The notes under the pieces were generated by a model that saw nothing but the letters and a program-made list of their open reading frames with translations, searched no databases and had not been told where the DNA came from. Shown here one piece after another: positions 49,439-58,065 of a stretch of 64,000 bases of DNA. The DNA is taken from NCBI GenBank assembly GCA_028687275.1, contig JAQUAK010000003.1, positions 5,547-69,546 on the forward strand, in the 5' to 3' direction. How positions within the stretch are numbered: the first letter of the stretch is position 1; each line of letters begins with the position of its first letter. A program made the translations under genes and the position numbers. The stretch is from Patescibacteria group bacterium (GTDB taxonomy: Bacteria > Patescibacteriota > Patescibacteriia > Patescibacteriales > UBA12465).

Positions 49439-49843
49439 TTAATTAGTTAAAAGTTGTTTTTTAAATTTTCTTAGATTGTTTTGCAAGCTGCCGTCAATCA
49501 CTAAACCATTATAGCGTAAAACAAAACCACCTAATAATTCTGGAGAGGTGCTATCACTTAACTGAACCTTGACGCCGCCAGCCCGTTTTGATAAATAATC
49601 AGCGATCTTTGCTTTAGCAACATGAGCTAAAGGCCTGGCACTAATTAATTCTGCCTTTACTTCTCCATTCTGAACCTCGTATAAACGCTCCATCTCCTCT
49701 ATAATTGCCTCCGCTTTATTTAAATCCTGACGCTTATGCAAAAAAACAATAAACTTAGCAATAACAGCCTTAGCCTCTACCTCTGATTTATCGGCCACTA
49801 GCTCAAAGAGTCCGCGCGCATATTGTCTAACACTTACTTTCAT
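49439..49843 (-). CDS. atpH: F1 ATP synthase subunit delta (OSCP), short form
   Basis: 134 aa between the b and alpha subunit genes, with the C-terminal [26 protein letters not shown] pattern. Shorter than the usual size of about 180 aa. Confidence 0.8.
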   Translation of the reverse strand: MKVSVRQYARGLFELVADKSEVEAKAVIAKFIVFLHKRQDLNKAEAIIEEMERLYEVQNGEVKAELISARPLAHVAKAKIADYLSKRAGGVKVQLSDSTSPELLGGFVLRYNGLVIDGSLQNNLRKFKKQLLTN

Positions 49844-49854
49844 AAACTACAATA

Positions 49855-50352
49855 TTATTTCTCTAAATTATTTACAATTTTAGTAATAACCTCTTGATCA
49901 CGTTGATCAGTCATATTCTCTGACAAAAACTGCTGCAAGCCAGCTAGCACTAAGCCAGAAACTTCATTCTTTAATTGTGACATGATTGCCTCTTTTTCGG
50001 CCCTAATCTTTTCCCTTTCTTTTTCAGTAATAATATTAATTTCCTTTTCTGCCTTAGCTACGACCTCTTGCTGACGTTCATCGGCTTTTTTGTGAGCAGC
50101 CTCAATAATTAAACTGGCTTCTTGTCTAGCGCTGATCAGTAGCTGTTTTGTCTCTTCTTTAGTATTCTGCAGACTCTTAGATGCCGCTTCAGCGTCATCA
50201 AGCCCTTTCTCTACCTTTAACTTTCTATCTTCCAGTATGCCAAGAACTGGCTTATAGGCAAAACGCCATAAAACAAAAACTAAAACACTAAAATTAACAA
50301 ACTGCGCGAGCAGAATGCGGCCGTCTATGCCAAGAGCTGTAATTAAACCCAT
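49855..50352 (-). CDS. atpF: Fo ATP synthase subunit b
   Basis: 165 aa with an N-terminal TM helix followed by a long charged helix. Operon position fits. Confidence 0.88.
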   Translation of the reverse strand: MGLITALGIDGRILLAQFVNFSVLVFVLWRFAYKPVLGILEDRKLKVEKGLDDAEAASKSLQNTKEETKQLLISARQEASLIIEAAHKKADERQQEVVAKAEKEINIITEKEREKIRAEKEAIMSQLKNEVSGLVLAGLQQFLSENMTDQRDQEVITKIVNNLEK

Positions 50353-50418
50353 ATTGATATTTTATACTTAAAAAAGCAAAGCAATCCGCCATAAAATAGA
50401 CGGACAAGCTCTATTTTC

Positions 50419-50664
<246 letters not shown>

Positions 50665-50697
50665 TTATTAAATATTATTAGATTATTACAAAAGTTA

Positions 50698-51441
50698 CTA
50701 AGCCGTTGCCTCTTCATTTGTAGTCGTGGCCATAGATATAAACACTAAGGTTAAAACAGCAAATACGAAAGGCTGAACCACGGCGGTTAATAGGCCTAAG
50801 AAAGCAAAAGGCAGGGGGAGGAAAAACGGAAAAAGAAATAACATAACTGCCCCTAAAACTTCTCCAGCAAAGATATTACCAAATAAACGAAAAGATAAAG
50901 ACATCACCTTGGCTACCTCACCAACTAAATCCATCAAACCTAAGAAAAAGTTTAAAGGACTAGTAAAATTAAAGAACTTCCCCACGTAACGCAAGGGCCC
51001 AACAGAAGCGATAGCCACAATTTGTGTTACTATAACCGAAATCATGGTCATCACAAAAACAAGGCTATAATCAGAAATAATAGCCCTAAATAAAGGAACA
51101 ACTCCACCCGCCGTTTGAATAGTAACAGCAGATTGACCAGGGATAAAGGTTAAAAGATTAGCGAAAAGAATAAAAAAGAACATTGTGAAAACTAAGGGGA
51201 AAGCTCTATCTGTTTTTTTCTTACTCCCCATTAAGCTCTCTGCAAAATCGTAAGAACCACCAATTAACATTTCAGCAATATTCTGGAATTTACCAGGTCT
51301 CATCTTTAAACTATATTTAAAAATAATAGCGCCGACCATCAAGAAAGCAAAAACAAGCCAAGACCACAATAAAGTATTGGAAACAGGGAAAGACCCAATA
51401 TTGAATAATATATTTGGAGCCAAAGAAATGTCTAAATTCAT
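50698..51441 (-). CDS. atpB: Fo ATP synthase subunit a
   Basis: 247 aa, polytopic, with LSFRLFGNIFAGE containing the essential Arg. Confidence 0.94.
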   Translation of the reverse strand: MNLDISLAPNILFNIGSFPVSNTLLWSWLVFAFLMVGAIIFKYSLKMRPGKFQNIAEMLIGGSYDFAESLMGSKKKTDRAFPLVFTMFFFILFANLLTFIPGQSAVTIQTAGGVVPLFRAIISDYSLVFVMTMISVIVTQIVAIASVGPLRYVGKFFNFTSPLNFFLGLMDLVGEVAKVMSLSFRLFGNIFAGEVLGAVMLFLFPFFLPLPFAFLGLLTAVVQPFVFAVLTLVFISMATTTNEEATA

Positions 51442-51728
51442 AACTTTCTATCAGTAGATTGATTTTCAGAGTCTTTACCGCCTAAAGCCTTAGCGGCAGC
51501 GGCCTCTTTCGCTATCATTTGATTTATTTTGTTTACCTTTTTAAATAAAAGCACGTTAGTAACTAGAAAGGCAACAAAAACTGCAATTAAAATTAGCAAA
51601 GGCTTGGTATTAAAATATTGATCTAAAAAATAAGCAGGGACGCCAAACAATAATAGAGGGCCTATAATTGAAGACAAACTATAAGTGGCGCTAGAAAGAA
51701 TCAAATCTCTCATTGACTGCTTGTCCAT
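51438..51728 (-). CDS. AtpZ/AtpI-like small membrane protein
   Basis: 96 aa with two TM helices, the first gene of the atp operon. ATGA overlap with atpB, and the only TGA stop I noted among the stops I checked. Confidence 0.55.
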   Translation of the reverse strand: MDKQSMRDLILSSATYSLSSIIGPLLLFGVPAYFLDQYFNTKPLLILIAVFVAFLVTNVLLFKKVNKINQMIAKEAAAAKALGGKDSENQSTDRKL

Positions 51729-51765
51729 AGGCTGAAATTAAATAAATTTAACGCAAACCACTTGT

Positions 51766-51794
51766 TATATACACCTTCGTTTGAAATAAGTCAA
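51766..51794 (-). promoter_or_regulatory. Putative atp operon promoter
   Basis: On the minus strand, TTGACT (51794-51789), 17-nt spacer, TATATA (51771-51766). Confidence 0.5.
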
Positions 51795-51830
51795 GACTAC
51801 TAAAAATCACAATATCCACAAAAACGAGGA

Positions 51831-52682
51831 TTAAATTCTAAAAAAGCTGCGAGCAGTCTCAGTAGTAGCAGCGGCAATTTTTTCAACTGTTGAATTTCTA
51901 ATTTCAGCAATTCTACCGGCTACATACTGCACTAGAATAGGCTCATTACGACGACCACGATAAGGCTCTGGTGTCATGTAGGGGGAGTCCGTTTCAATCA
52001 TAAACTTATCCAGTGGTATTTTACGTAGAACATCATCCCATTGCTTACTAAAAGTAACTAAACCAGTAAAAGAAATAATTAAACCGAGGGAAAAATATTT
52101 CCACGCCAAATCTTCGTCACCGGAAAAACAATGAATTACTCCCCAAGGACGATCATTAGGAATAAATTCAGCGTAAACCTTGCGGAAATCCCTTAAAATA
52201 CTCAACAAATCGTCATGAGCTTGACGACAATGAATAATAGCCGGTAAATCCAAGTGACGAGCTAACAATAGCTGTTTTAAGAATACTTCTTGCTGTCGAC
52301 GTTTAATAGTAGCCACGTCTTTTGTCTGATCTAAATGATAATAATCCAAACCAATTTCTCCAATTGCTACTGCCTTCTCAAATTTAGCTAGTTTTTCATA
52401 GCTATCATAGTTAAATTCTTCTGCTCTAGTAGTAAAATTATAAGCACCATTATCATCATCATTGGCTACTATCTGTTCTTCCAAATGTACTGGGTGAACA
52501 CCAACAGCTGCATAAACACCCTTTTCATAGCGATTAGCGTAAGTTAAAGCCCGATTAGAAGTTTTATACTCCGAGCCAACTAATATCATCCAAGTATCAT
52601 TATCCAAAGCCCGGCGAATTACTTCGTCAGCATCATCTTTAAAATCTTTAAAATTTACGTGAGCGTGAGTGTCAATAAACAT
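51831..52682 (-). CDS. tatD: TatD family metal-dependent hydrolase
   Basis: 283 aa with FIDTHAHVNF, GEIGLDYY, IIHCR and the ETDSPYMTP motif. There is an insertion of about 20 aa before GEIGLDYY. Confidence 0.9.
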   Translation of the reverse strand: MFIDTHAHVNFKDFKDDADEVIRRALDNDTWMILVGSEYKTSNRALTYANRYEKGVYAAVGVHPVHLEEQIVANDDDNGAYNFTTRAEEFNYDSYEKLAKFEKAVAIGEIGLDYYHLDQTKDVATIKRRQQEVFLKQLLLARHLDLPAIIHCRQAHDDLLSILRDFRKVYAEFIPNDRPWGVIHCFSGDEDLAWKYFSLGLIISFTGLVTFSKQWDDVLRKIPLDKFMIETDSPYMTPEPYRGRRNEPILVQYVAGRIAEIRNSTVEKIAAATTETARSFFRI

Positions 52683-52692
52683 AAAAAATGAT

Positions 52693-52718
52693 AAAAAAAC
52701 GCTTTAACAGCGTTTTTT
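52693..52718 (-). terminator. Hairpin terminator downstream of the small Cys-rich ORF
   Basis: AAACGCT / AGCGTTT stem. On the minus strand it is followed by TTTTTTT. Confidence 0.6.
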
Positions 52719-52736
52719 ATATTTCAGAATAAGCTC

Positions 52737-52898
52737 TTATTGAATAGAAGTTTCTTCAGTCTTAACCTCGGTTACCTCAACATTATCAGAAACACTGGCT
52801 TCAGTTGTATCTGCGGAGGCCTTAGAAGCTTCTTCAGCATGGCAACAACATTCTTTATTTAACCCTAATAACTTTTTTAACCAACCACATTTAAACAT
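52737..52898 (-). CDS. Small Cys-rich acidic peptide (53 aa, hypothetical; below the ORF-track threshold)
   Basis: Hand translation gives MFKCGWLKKLLGLNKECCCHAEEASKASADTTEASVSDNVEVTEVKTEETSIQ. It is flanked by a TTGACT-containing promoter-like stretch upstream and a hairpin terminator downstream. Confidence 0.35.
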   Translation of the reverse strand: MFKCGWLKKLLGLNKECCCHAEEASKASADTTEASVSDNVEVTEVKTEETSIQ

Positions 52899-52968
52899 AT
52901 TATTTACATTAATTGTTAAATCCCCCTATATTTAGAGTAGCATTTATAAGTAAAAAGTCAATTAATAC

Positions 52969-54045
52969 CTAGAGATTAAGTTGGGACAATAAATCTTTTT
53001 GTTTCTTATTTAAAACTTTAGGAATCAATACCTTTACTCTCACAAAATGATCTCCTTGACCACGTCCATGTAAATGAGGGACTCCTTTGGATTTTAAGCG
53101 AAAAATAGTTTGGCCCTGAGTTCCCTCTGGTATTTTCAATTTAAAATTACCAGAAATAGTGTCAACATTAATTGTGTCCCCCAAAGCTGCTTGGACCATG
53201 CTGATTTCTGTCTGCGTATGAATATCATCACCCTCTCTTTTAAAATTCGCATGAGCATTAATTCTAATACGTAGAAATAAATCCCCACTAGCAGCGCCCT
53301 TTTCACCGGCATCACCATAACCAGCTAAGCGAATACTCTCTCCTTGATTAATCCCGGCCGGAATCTTTACTTTAATACTCTCAGTTTCTCTAATTCTTCC
53401 CTGCCCATGGCAATGTTTACAGTCAGCGCTAGCTTTTTTACCTTCTCCTTGACAATCAGGGCAAGTTGCCTGTGTTTGCACAGCCCCTAAAATTGTTCTC
53501 TGCATACGAGTAACGCGACCGCTACCTTTACAAGTTGAGCAACTAGTAATTTTAGCATCCGGAGCGTGCCCACTGCCCTGACAGACAGAACATTTTTTTA
53601 AATGAGGAAAAGTTATTTCCGTCTCAGTGCCATGAACCGCATCTAAAAAATCAATAGCTAGGCTCATCTCTAAATCACGGCCCTTTTCCGGTCCGCGCTG
53701 ACTGGACGAAGATCCGCCAAAACCAAAGATATCGCCAAAACCACCAAAGATATCGCCTAAATCATCCATATTGATATTCATACCGCCGTTAAAACCTCCA
53801 AAACCCTGACCATATGAGCCGCCACCAGCCTGTCCATTCTGAAAAGACGAACCAAACTGATCATACTGCTTACGTTTCTCTGCATTACCTAAAACCTGAT
53901 AAGCTTCATTTATCTCTTTAAACTTAGCCTCATCCCCTCCTTTATCAGGATGATGCTCGTGTGCTTTTTTACGGAAAGCAGTTTTAATCTCATCGGCATT
54001 CGCATTCTTATCAACACCTAAGTCTTTGTAATAGTCTTTTGACAT
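52969..54045 (-). CDS. dnaJ: Chaperone DnaJ
   Basis: J domain (DYYKDLGV...HPDKGGDEAKFKEINEAYQVL), a G/F-rich region and four CxxCxGxG zinc-finger repeats. The ATG at 54045 gives the canonical MSKDYY start. The longer ORF (54090) runs toward the dnaK-dnaJ hairpin at 54094-54122. Confidence 0.96.
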   Translation of the reverse strand: MSKDYYKDLGVDKNANADEIKTAFRKKAHEHHPDKGGDEAKFKEINEAYQVLGNAEKRKQYDQFGSSFQNGQAGGGSYGQGFGGFNGGMNINMDDLGDIFGGFGDIFGFGGSSSSQRGPEKGRDLEMSLAIDFLDAVHGTETEITFPHLKKCSVCQGSGHAPDAKITSCSTCKGSGRVTRMQRTILGAVQTQATCPDCQGEGKKASADCKHCHGQGRIRETESIKVKIPAGINQGESIRLAGYGDAGEKGAASGDLFLRIRINAHANFKREGDDIHTQTEISMVQAALGDTINVDTISGNFKLKIPEGTQGQTIFRLKSKGVPHLHGRGQGDHFVRVKVLIPKVLNKKQKDLLSQLNL

Positions 54046-54093
54046 ATATAATAAATTTCTAAAATTTATTGAATTAACTCGTTTTCTCAAGAC

Positions 54094-54122
54094 AACAACC
54101 CTCTCGCAAAGAGAGGGTTGTT
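54094..54122 (-). promoter_or_regulatory. 12-bp GC-rich intercistronic hairpin between dnaK and dnaJ
   Basis: AACAACCCTCTC-N5-GAGAGGGTTGTT forms a perfect stem with no U-tract on either strand. Confidence 0.6.
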
Positions 54123-54137
54123 AGAAAAGAATCTGAA

Positions 54138-56054
54138 TTATTTTTTTTCATCAACCTCCCCTTCAACGATAGTATCCTCCTCTTTAGCTTTTTCTTCATC
54201 AGTCTTATCATCAGTTGACTCATCTTTATTTTCACCGGAAGCATCTGGACCAGGTTGCTGCTGATACATGGCTGCACCAATTTTTTGCGCCACCGCGTTA
54301 ACAGCCTCCATTCCTTTTTTCATTTCCTCAAGATTAGTGCCCTCTTGAGCCTTCTTAAGTTCTGCGACCTTAGCCTCTAATTCAGTTTTATCTTCCGCCT
54401 TCATCTTATCACCTGACTCTTTAATCATTTTCTCAGTGGTAAAGACAACTGCGTCTGCTTGATTTTTTGTCTCCACTTCTTCTTTCTTCTTCTTATCATC
54501 TTCAGCATGAGCCTCTGCTTCTTTTTGCATTTTCTCAATTTCTTCTTTAGATAACCCTGAAGAAGCGGTGATAGTAATTTTTTGCTGTTTGTTGGTTGCT
54601 TTATCAGTAGCGCTAACATTTAAAATGCCATTAGCATCTAAGTCAAACTTAACCTCGACCTGAGGCACGCCACGAGGAGCAGAAGGAATACCATCAAGAA
54701 TAAAACGTCCTAAAGATTTATTGTCAGCAGCCATCGGACGCTCACCTTGAACGACATGAATTTCCACACTAGTCTGACCATCAGCGGCGGTAGAAAATAC
54801 TTGCGATTTAGAAGTTGGAATAGTGGTATTGCGCTCAATCAGAGGAGTGGCAACACTACCCAGGGTTTCAATACCTAAAGTTAAAGGAGTAACATCAAGC
54901 AATAAAACATCCTTAACATCACCTTGCAAAACACCGGCCTGTACAGCTGCACCCATGGCCACAACTTCATCTGGATTAACAGTTAAATTTGGCTCTTTAC
55001 CAAAAAATTCTTTAACTTTTTGCAGGACTAAAGGCATACGAGTCATGCCACCAACCATAATTATTTCATTGATATCTTCAAGCTTAAAACCGGAATCAGC
55101 CAAAGCCCTCTTACAAGGCTCAATAGTTTTAGTTACTAAATCACCAACTAATGATTCTAACTTGGCCCTACTAAGTTTCATGACTAAATGCTTAGGTCCA
55201 TTTTCATCAGTAGTGATGAAGGGTTGATTAATTTCACTTTCAGTGGCAGTTGATAATTCAATCTTAGCTTTCTCGGCCGATTCTTTAATGCGTTGTAAAG
55301 CTAAGGTATCTTTAGATAAATCGATTCCCTGTTCTTTTTTAAACTCTGCAATTATCCAATCAATAATAATTCTATCGAAATCTTCTCCGCCTAAATGAGT
55401 ATCCCCATTAGTCGCTTTTACTTCAACTGTATCAGCAGAAATATCCAACACGGATACATCAAAAGTACCACCACCTAAATCATAAACAACAATCTTTTGG
55501 CCCTGCTTCTTATCAAAGCCATAAGCTAAAGCAGCTGCGGTAGGCTCATTAATAATACGCTTCACATCAAGTCCTGCTATTTTACCAGCGTCTTTAGTGG
55601 CTTGGCGCTGAGAATCATCGAAATAAGCGGGCACAGTAATAACAGCTTCAGTAATTTTTTCACCAATTTTAGCTTCAGCATCAGCTTTAAGTTTAGATAA
55701 AATCATAGCCGATATTTCTTGAGGAGAATGCTCCTTATCGCCCATTTTTACCTTTACGCCTTCTCCAGCCTGAATAATTTTATAAGACATAGCACTTAAA
55801 TCACGCTGTATCTCCTCATCATTAAAATGACGTCCAATTAAACGCTTAACCGCATAAACGGTATTCTCCGGATTAATGACTGCCTGTCTTTTAGCGGCTG
55901 CACCAACTAAACGTTCGCCGTTTTTAGAAATAGCAGCCACGGATGGAGTTGTGCGACTCCCTTCAATATTCTCTAAAATTTTAGGAACACCCCCTTCCAT
56001 GATGGACATGGCTGAGTTAGTTGTCCCTAAATCAATTCCCAAAATTTTTCCCAT
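54138..56054 (-). CDS. dnaK: Chaperone DnaK (Hsp70)
   Basis: 638 aa with [25 protein letters not shown] and an acidic C-terminal tail. Confidence 0.98.
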   Translation of the reverse strand: MGKILGIDLGTTNSAMSIMEGGVPKILENIEGSRTTPSVAAISKNGERLVGAAAKRQAVINPENTVYAVKRLIGRHFNDEEIQRDLSAMSYKIIQAGEGVKVKMGDKEHSPQEISAMILSKLKADAEAKIGEKITEAVITVPAYFDDSQRQATKDAGKIAGLDVKRIINEPTAAALAYGFDKKQGQKIVVYDLGGGTFDVSVLDISADTVEVKATNGDTHLGGEDFDRIIIDWIIAEFKKEQGIDLSKDTLALQRIKESAEKAKIELSTATESEINQPFITTDENGPKHLVMKLSRAKLESLVGDLVTKTIEPCKRALADSGFKLEDINEIIMVGGMTRMPLVLQKVKEFFGKEPNLTVNPDEVVAMGAAVQAGVLQGDVKDVLLLDVTPLTLGIETLGSVATPLIERNTTIPTSKSQVFSTAADGQTSVEIHVVQGERPMAADNKSLGRFILDGIPSAPRGVPQVEVKFDLDANGILNVSATDKATNKQQKITITASSGLSKEEIEKMQKEAEAHAEDDKKKKEEVETKNQADAVVFTTEKMIKESGDKMKAEDKTELEAKVAELKKAQEGTNLEEMKKGMEAVNAVAQKIGAAMYQQQPGPDASGENKDESTDDKTDEEKAKEEDTIVEGEVDEKK

Positions 56055-56111
56055 ATTATTTTTATTAAGCTAATAAGATTTTATAATCTTTTTTATTAAT
56101 ATAATTAATTA

Positions 56112-56567
56112 TTATTTTTTCTTTACAATTTGAATTTTAATATTTTTAGCATTCACTTCGCTTACCTTCGGTACACTGATTTTTAAGATGCCATCTTCAG
56201 TGATAGCCGTAGCCTCATCGCCTTTAACTTTTTCTGGCAATGAAATAGAACGATAGAAAGAGCCACGTTTAATTTCCTTGCGATAATAATTTTTTTCTTC
56301 AACTTCACTCTTACGTTCACTTTCACCCTTAATATATAAAATATTGTTTTCGATAGAAATACTAACTTTTTCTGGGTCAATTCCAGCTAACTGTGTTTCT
56401 ACAATAATATTATTATTGTCTTCATAAATATCCAAAGCTGGCGTAAACCCCGCTCGGTTATTGGAAACAGCTGGTAGAAATTCTCCCATGATTTTATCAG
56501 CGTCATCAAAACCGAAGCCATCGCTTAAAAAAGGATTCCATTTAATTAATGACATATTTTTAAACAC
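56112..56567 (-). CDS. Hsp20/alpha-crystallin family small heat shock protein
   Basis: 151 aa. PALDIYEDNNNIIVETQLAGIDPEKVSISIENNILYIKGE ... GILKISVPK is the alpha-crystallin domain pattern. Confidence 0.9.
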   Translation of the reverse strand: MFKNMSLIKWNPFLSDGFGFDDADKIMGEFLPAVSNNRAGFTPALDIYEDNNNIIVETQLAGIDPEKVSISIENNILYIKGESERKSEVEEKNYYRKEIKRGSFYRSISLPEKVKGDEATAITEDGILKISVPKVSEVNAKNIKIQIVKKK

Positions 56568-56626
56568 TTATTTCTTAAAACTTTAAATATTAAAGTAGAT
56601 AAGAATAAGATAGTTAATAAATTATT

Positions 56627-57244
56627 TTAATCGCCAACCACTACTTTAGCAGCGCGAATGACTCGACTGTTTAAAGTATAGCCCGGCATAATCTCCTTAA
56701 TAACTTTATTTCCCTTACCTTCGATAGCATCCATTAAATTGTGATCGAAATTTCCACCCACTGTTTTTATTTCTTCAACTCCTCGATTTGATAATAAATC
56801 CTTAAATTGTTTTAGCACATACTCAACTCCTTTTACCCAGGCGCTATCTTTTTCATTGTCAGGCAAAGCAGATAAAGACATTTTTAAATGATCATAAACT
56901 GGCAATAATTCCTGCAAAAAATCATTTAAGGCATACTTAGCAAAATCAGCCTTATCTTTAACGCTTTGCTTAAGTAAATTCTGATAATCGGCTAAAGCTA
57001 ATTTGTATTGATGTTCAAAATCTTTTTCTTCAATTTCCTCTATTTTGATAAATCGATCACGAGCCGCTCCTTCTTGTTCAATTTTCTCCTGCCAATTAGA
57101 CAGTGGCCGCACCCAAACTTTATTATCTTTTAAAGAGCGGTAAATAACCATTGCTTCTTTAGTTTCTGTTTGTTCGGCTACAAATAACAATTCGTATTTT
57201 CCGCCCTTATAATGTTGATAAATTCCTGTTTGTAATTTTTCCAT
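56627..57244 (-). CDS. grpE: GrpE nucleotide exchange factor with an N-terminal DUF1653-like domain
   Basis: Residues ~5-68, GIYQHYKGGKYELLFVAEQTETKEAMVIYRSLKDNKVWVRPLSNW...RF, match my memory of DUF1653 (YxHYKGGxY...WVRP). Residues ~75-205 are GrpE-like (LLPVYDHLKMSL, FDHNLMDAIE, GYTLNSRVIRAAKVVV). Confidence 0.85.
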   Translation of the reverse strand: MEKLQTGIYQHYKGGKYELLFVAEQTETKEAMVIYRSLKDNKVWVRPLSNWQEKIEQEGAARDRFIKIEEIEEKDFEHQYKLALADYQNLLKQSVKDKADFAKYALNDFLQELLPVYDHLKMSLSALPDNEKDSAWVKGVEYVLKQFKDLLSNRGVEEIKTVGGNFDHNLMDAIEGKGNKVIKEIMPGYTLNSRVIRAAKVVVGD

Positions 57245-57250
57245 AGATAA

Positions 57251-57949
57251 TTATTTAAGATGTTCTTGTAAATAAGTTAATAGTGATAAGTTACGAGCAT
57301 AATCCATACGCATTGGACCTAAAACACCAACTAAACCGGACACACCATGACGACGATACTTTAATAAAGTTACACCTAAAAAGTTTCCAAAAGGATTATT
57401 ACTACCAATGTAAGCATGGCTCTTCTCAGACAAATCATCAAAAAGCTCATCAATAATTTCTTCCATGCGGTCAATCACTTGCGATACATCACACACAACC
57501 TCACTGTGCTTAAATTCAGCTTGAGCAAATAGATTAGATAAACCTGTGTGATAAAGATCGTTTTTATGGAAAGCCCAGAAAACAGCATTAGCAGACAGGT
57601 CAGCTAAAACTTTAGCTACCGGCTTAAAATTATCATCGACCACCTCATTTAAAGCTCTATCCAAAATTTCTTTATCAGCCGCCTTCAAATCTTTCTTCCT
57701 TAGACTACTCTCCTCCAAGTCTAAAAGATAGGCAATCTCTGTGGGGACACGTCCCGCCGAAGTATGTGGCTGATAAATATAAGCTTTCTCTTCCAGGCTA
57801 ATTAATTCATTGCGAACAGTGGCCGGAGAAATGTCTAACTTATACTTTTCTACTAAAATGCCAGAGGCTACCGGTTGAGCACTTTTAACATACTCCTTAA
57901 TAAGAGTACGCAGTATTAATTTTTGACGATCGCTTAAAGATATAGACAT
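57251..57949 (-). CDS. hrcA: Heat-inducible transcription repressor HrcA (short, 232 aa)
   Basis: LSDRQKLILRTLIKEYVKSAQPVASGILV...ISPATVRNELISLEEKAYIYQPHTSAGRVPT is the HrcA winged-helix N-terminus. The ATG at 57949 is preferred because the longer ORF (57994) overlaps CIRCE. Confidence 0.88.
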   Translation of the reverse strand: MSISLSDRQKLILRTLIKEYVKSAQPVASGILVEKYKLDISPATVRNELISLEEKAYIYQPHTSAGRVPTEIAYLLDLEESSLRKKDLKAADKEILDRALNEVVDDNFKPVAKVLADLSANAVFWAFHKNDLYHTGLSNLFAQAEFKHSEVVCDVSQVIDRMEEIIDELFDDLSEKSHAYIGSNNPFGNFLGVTLLKYRRHGVSGLVGVLGPMRMDYARNLSLLTYLQEHLK

Positions 57950-57983
57950 AAATATTTTAACTATAAAGACATTATAAAAAAAA

Positions 57984-58010
57984 TTAGCACTCAAGTCAAG
58001 AGAGTGCTAA
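57984..58010. promoter_or_regulatory. CIRCE operator upstream of hrcA-grpE-hsp20-dnaK-dnaJ
   Basis: Perfect TTAGCACTC-N9-GAGTGCTAA. On the minus strand a TATAAT box lies 6 nt upstream of it. Confidence 0.93.
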
Positions 58011-58065
58011 TTAAAGATTATATTAAGCTAACTTTAAACAAATAAATTAATAATTTATCTTTACC

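Noticed and set aside
54046-54090. N-terminal extensions in the ORF track: dnaJ (to 54090), hrcA (to 57994), adenylyltransferase (to 41988), galU (TTG at 20569), PHP protein (GTG at 13627) and the membrane protein (TTG at 34688).
   Set aside because: Internal ATG codons give the canonical family N-termini. For hrcA the extension overlaps the CIRCE operator, and for dnaJ it runs up to the dnaK-dnaJ hairpin.
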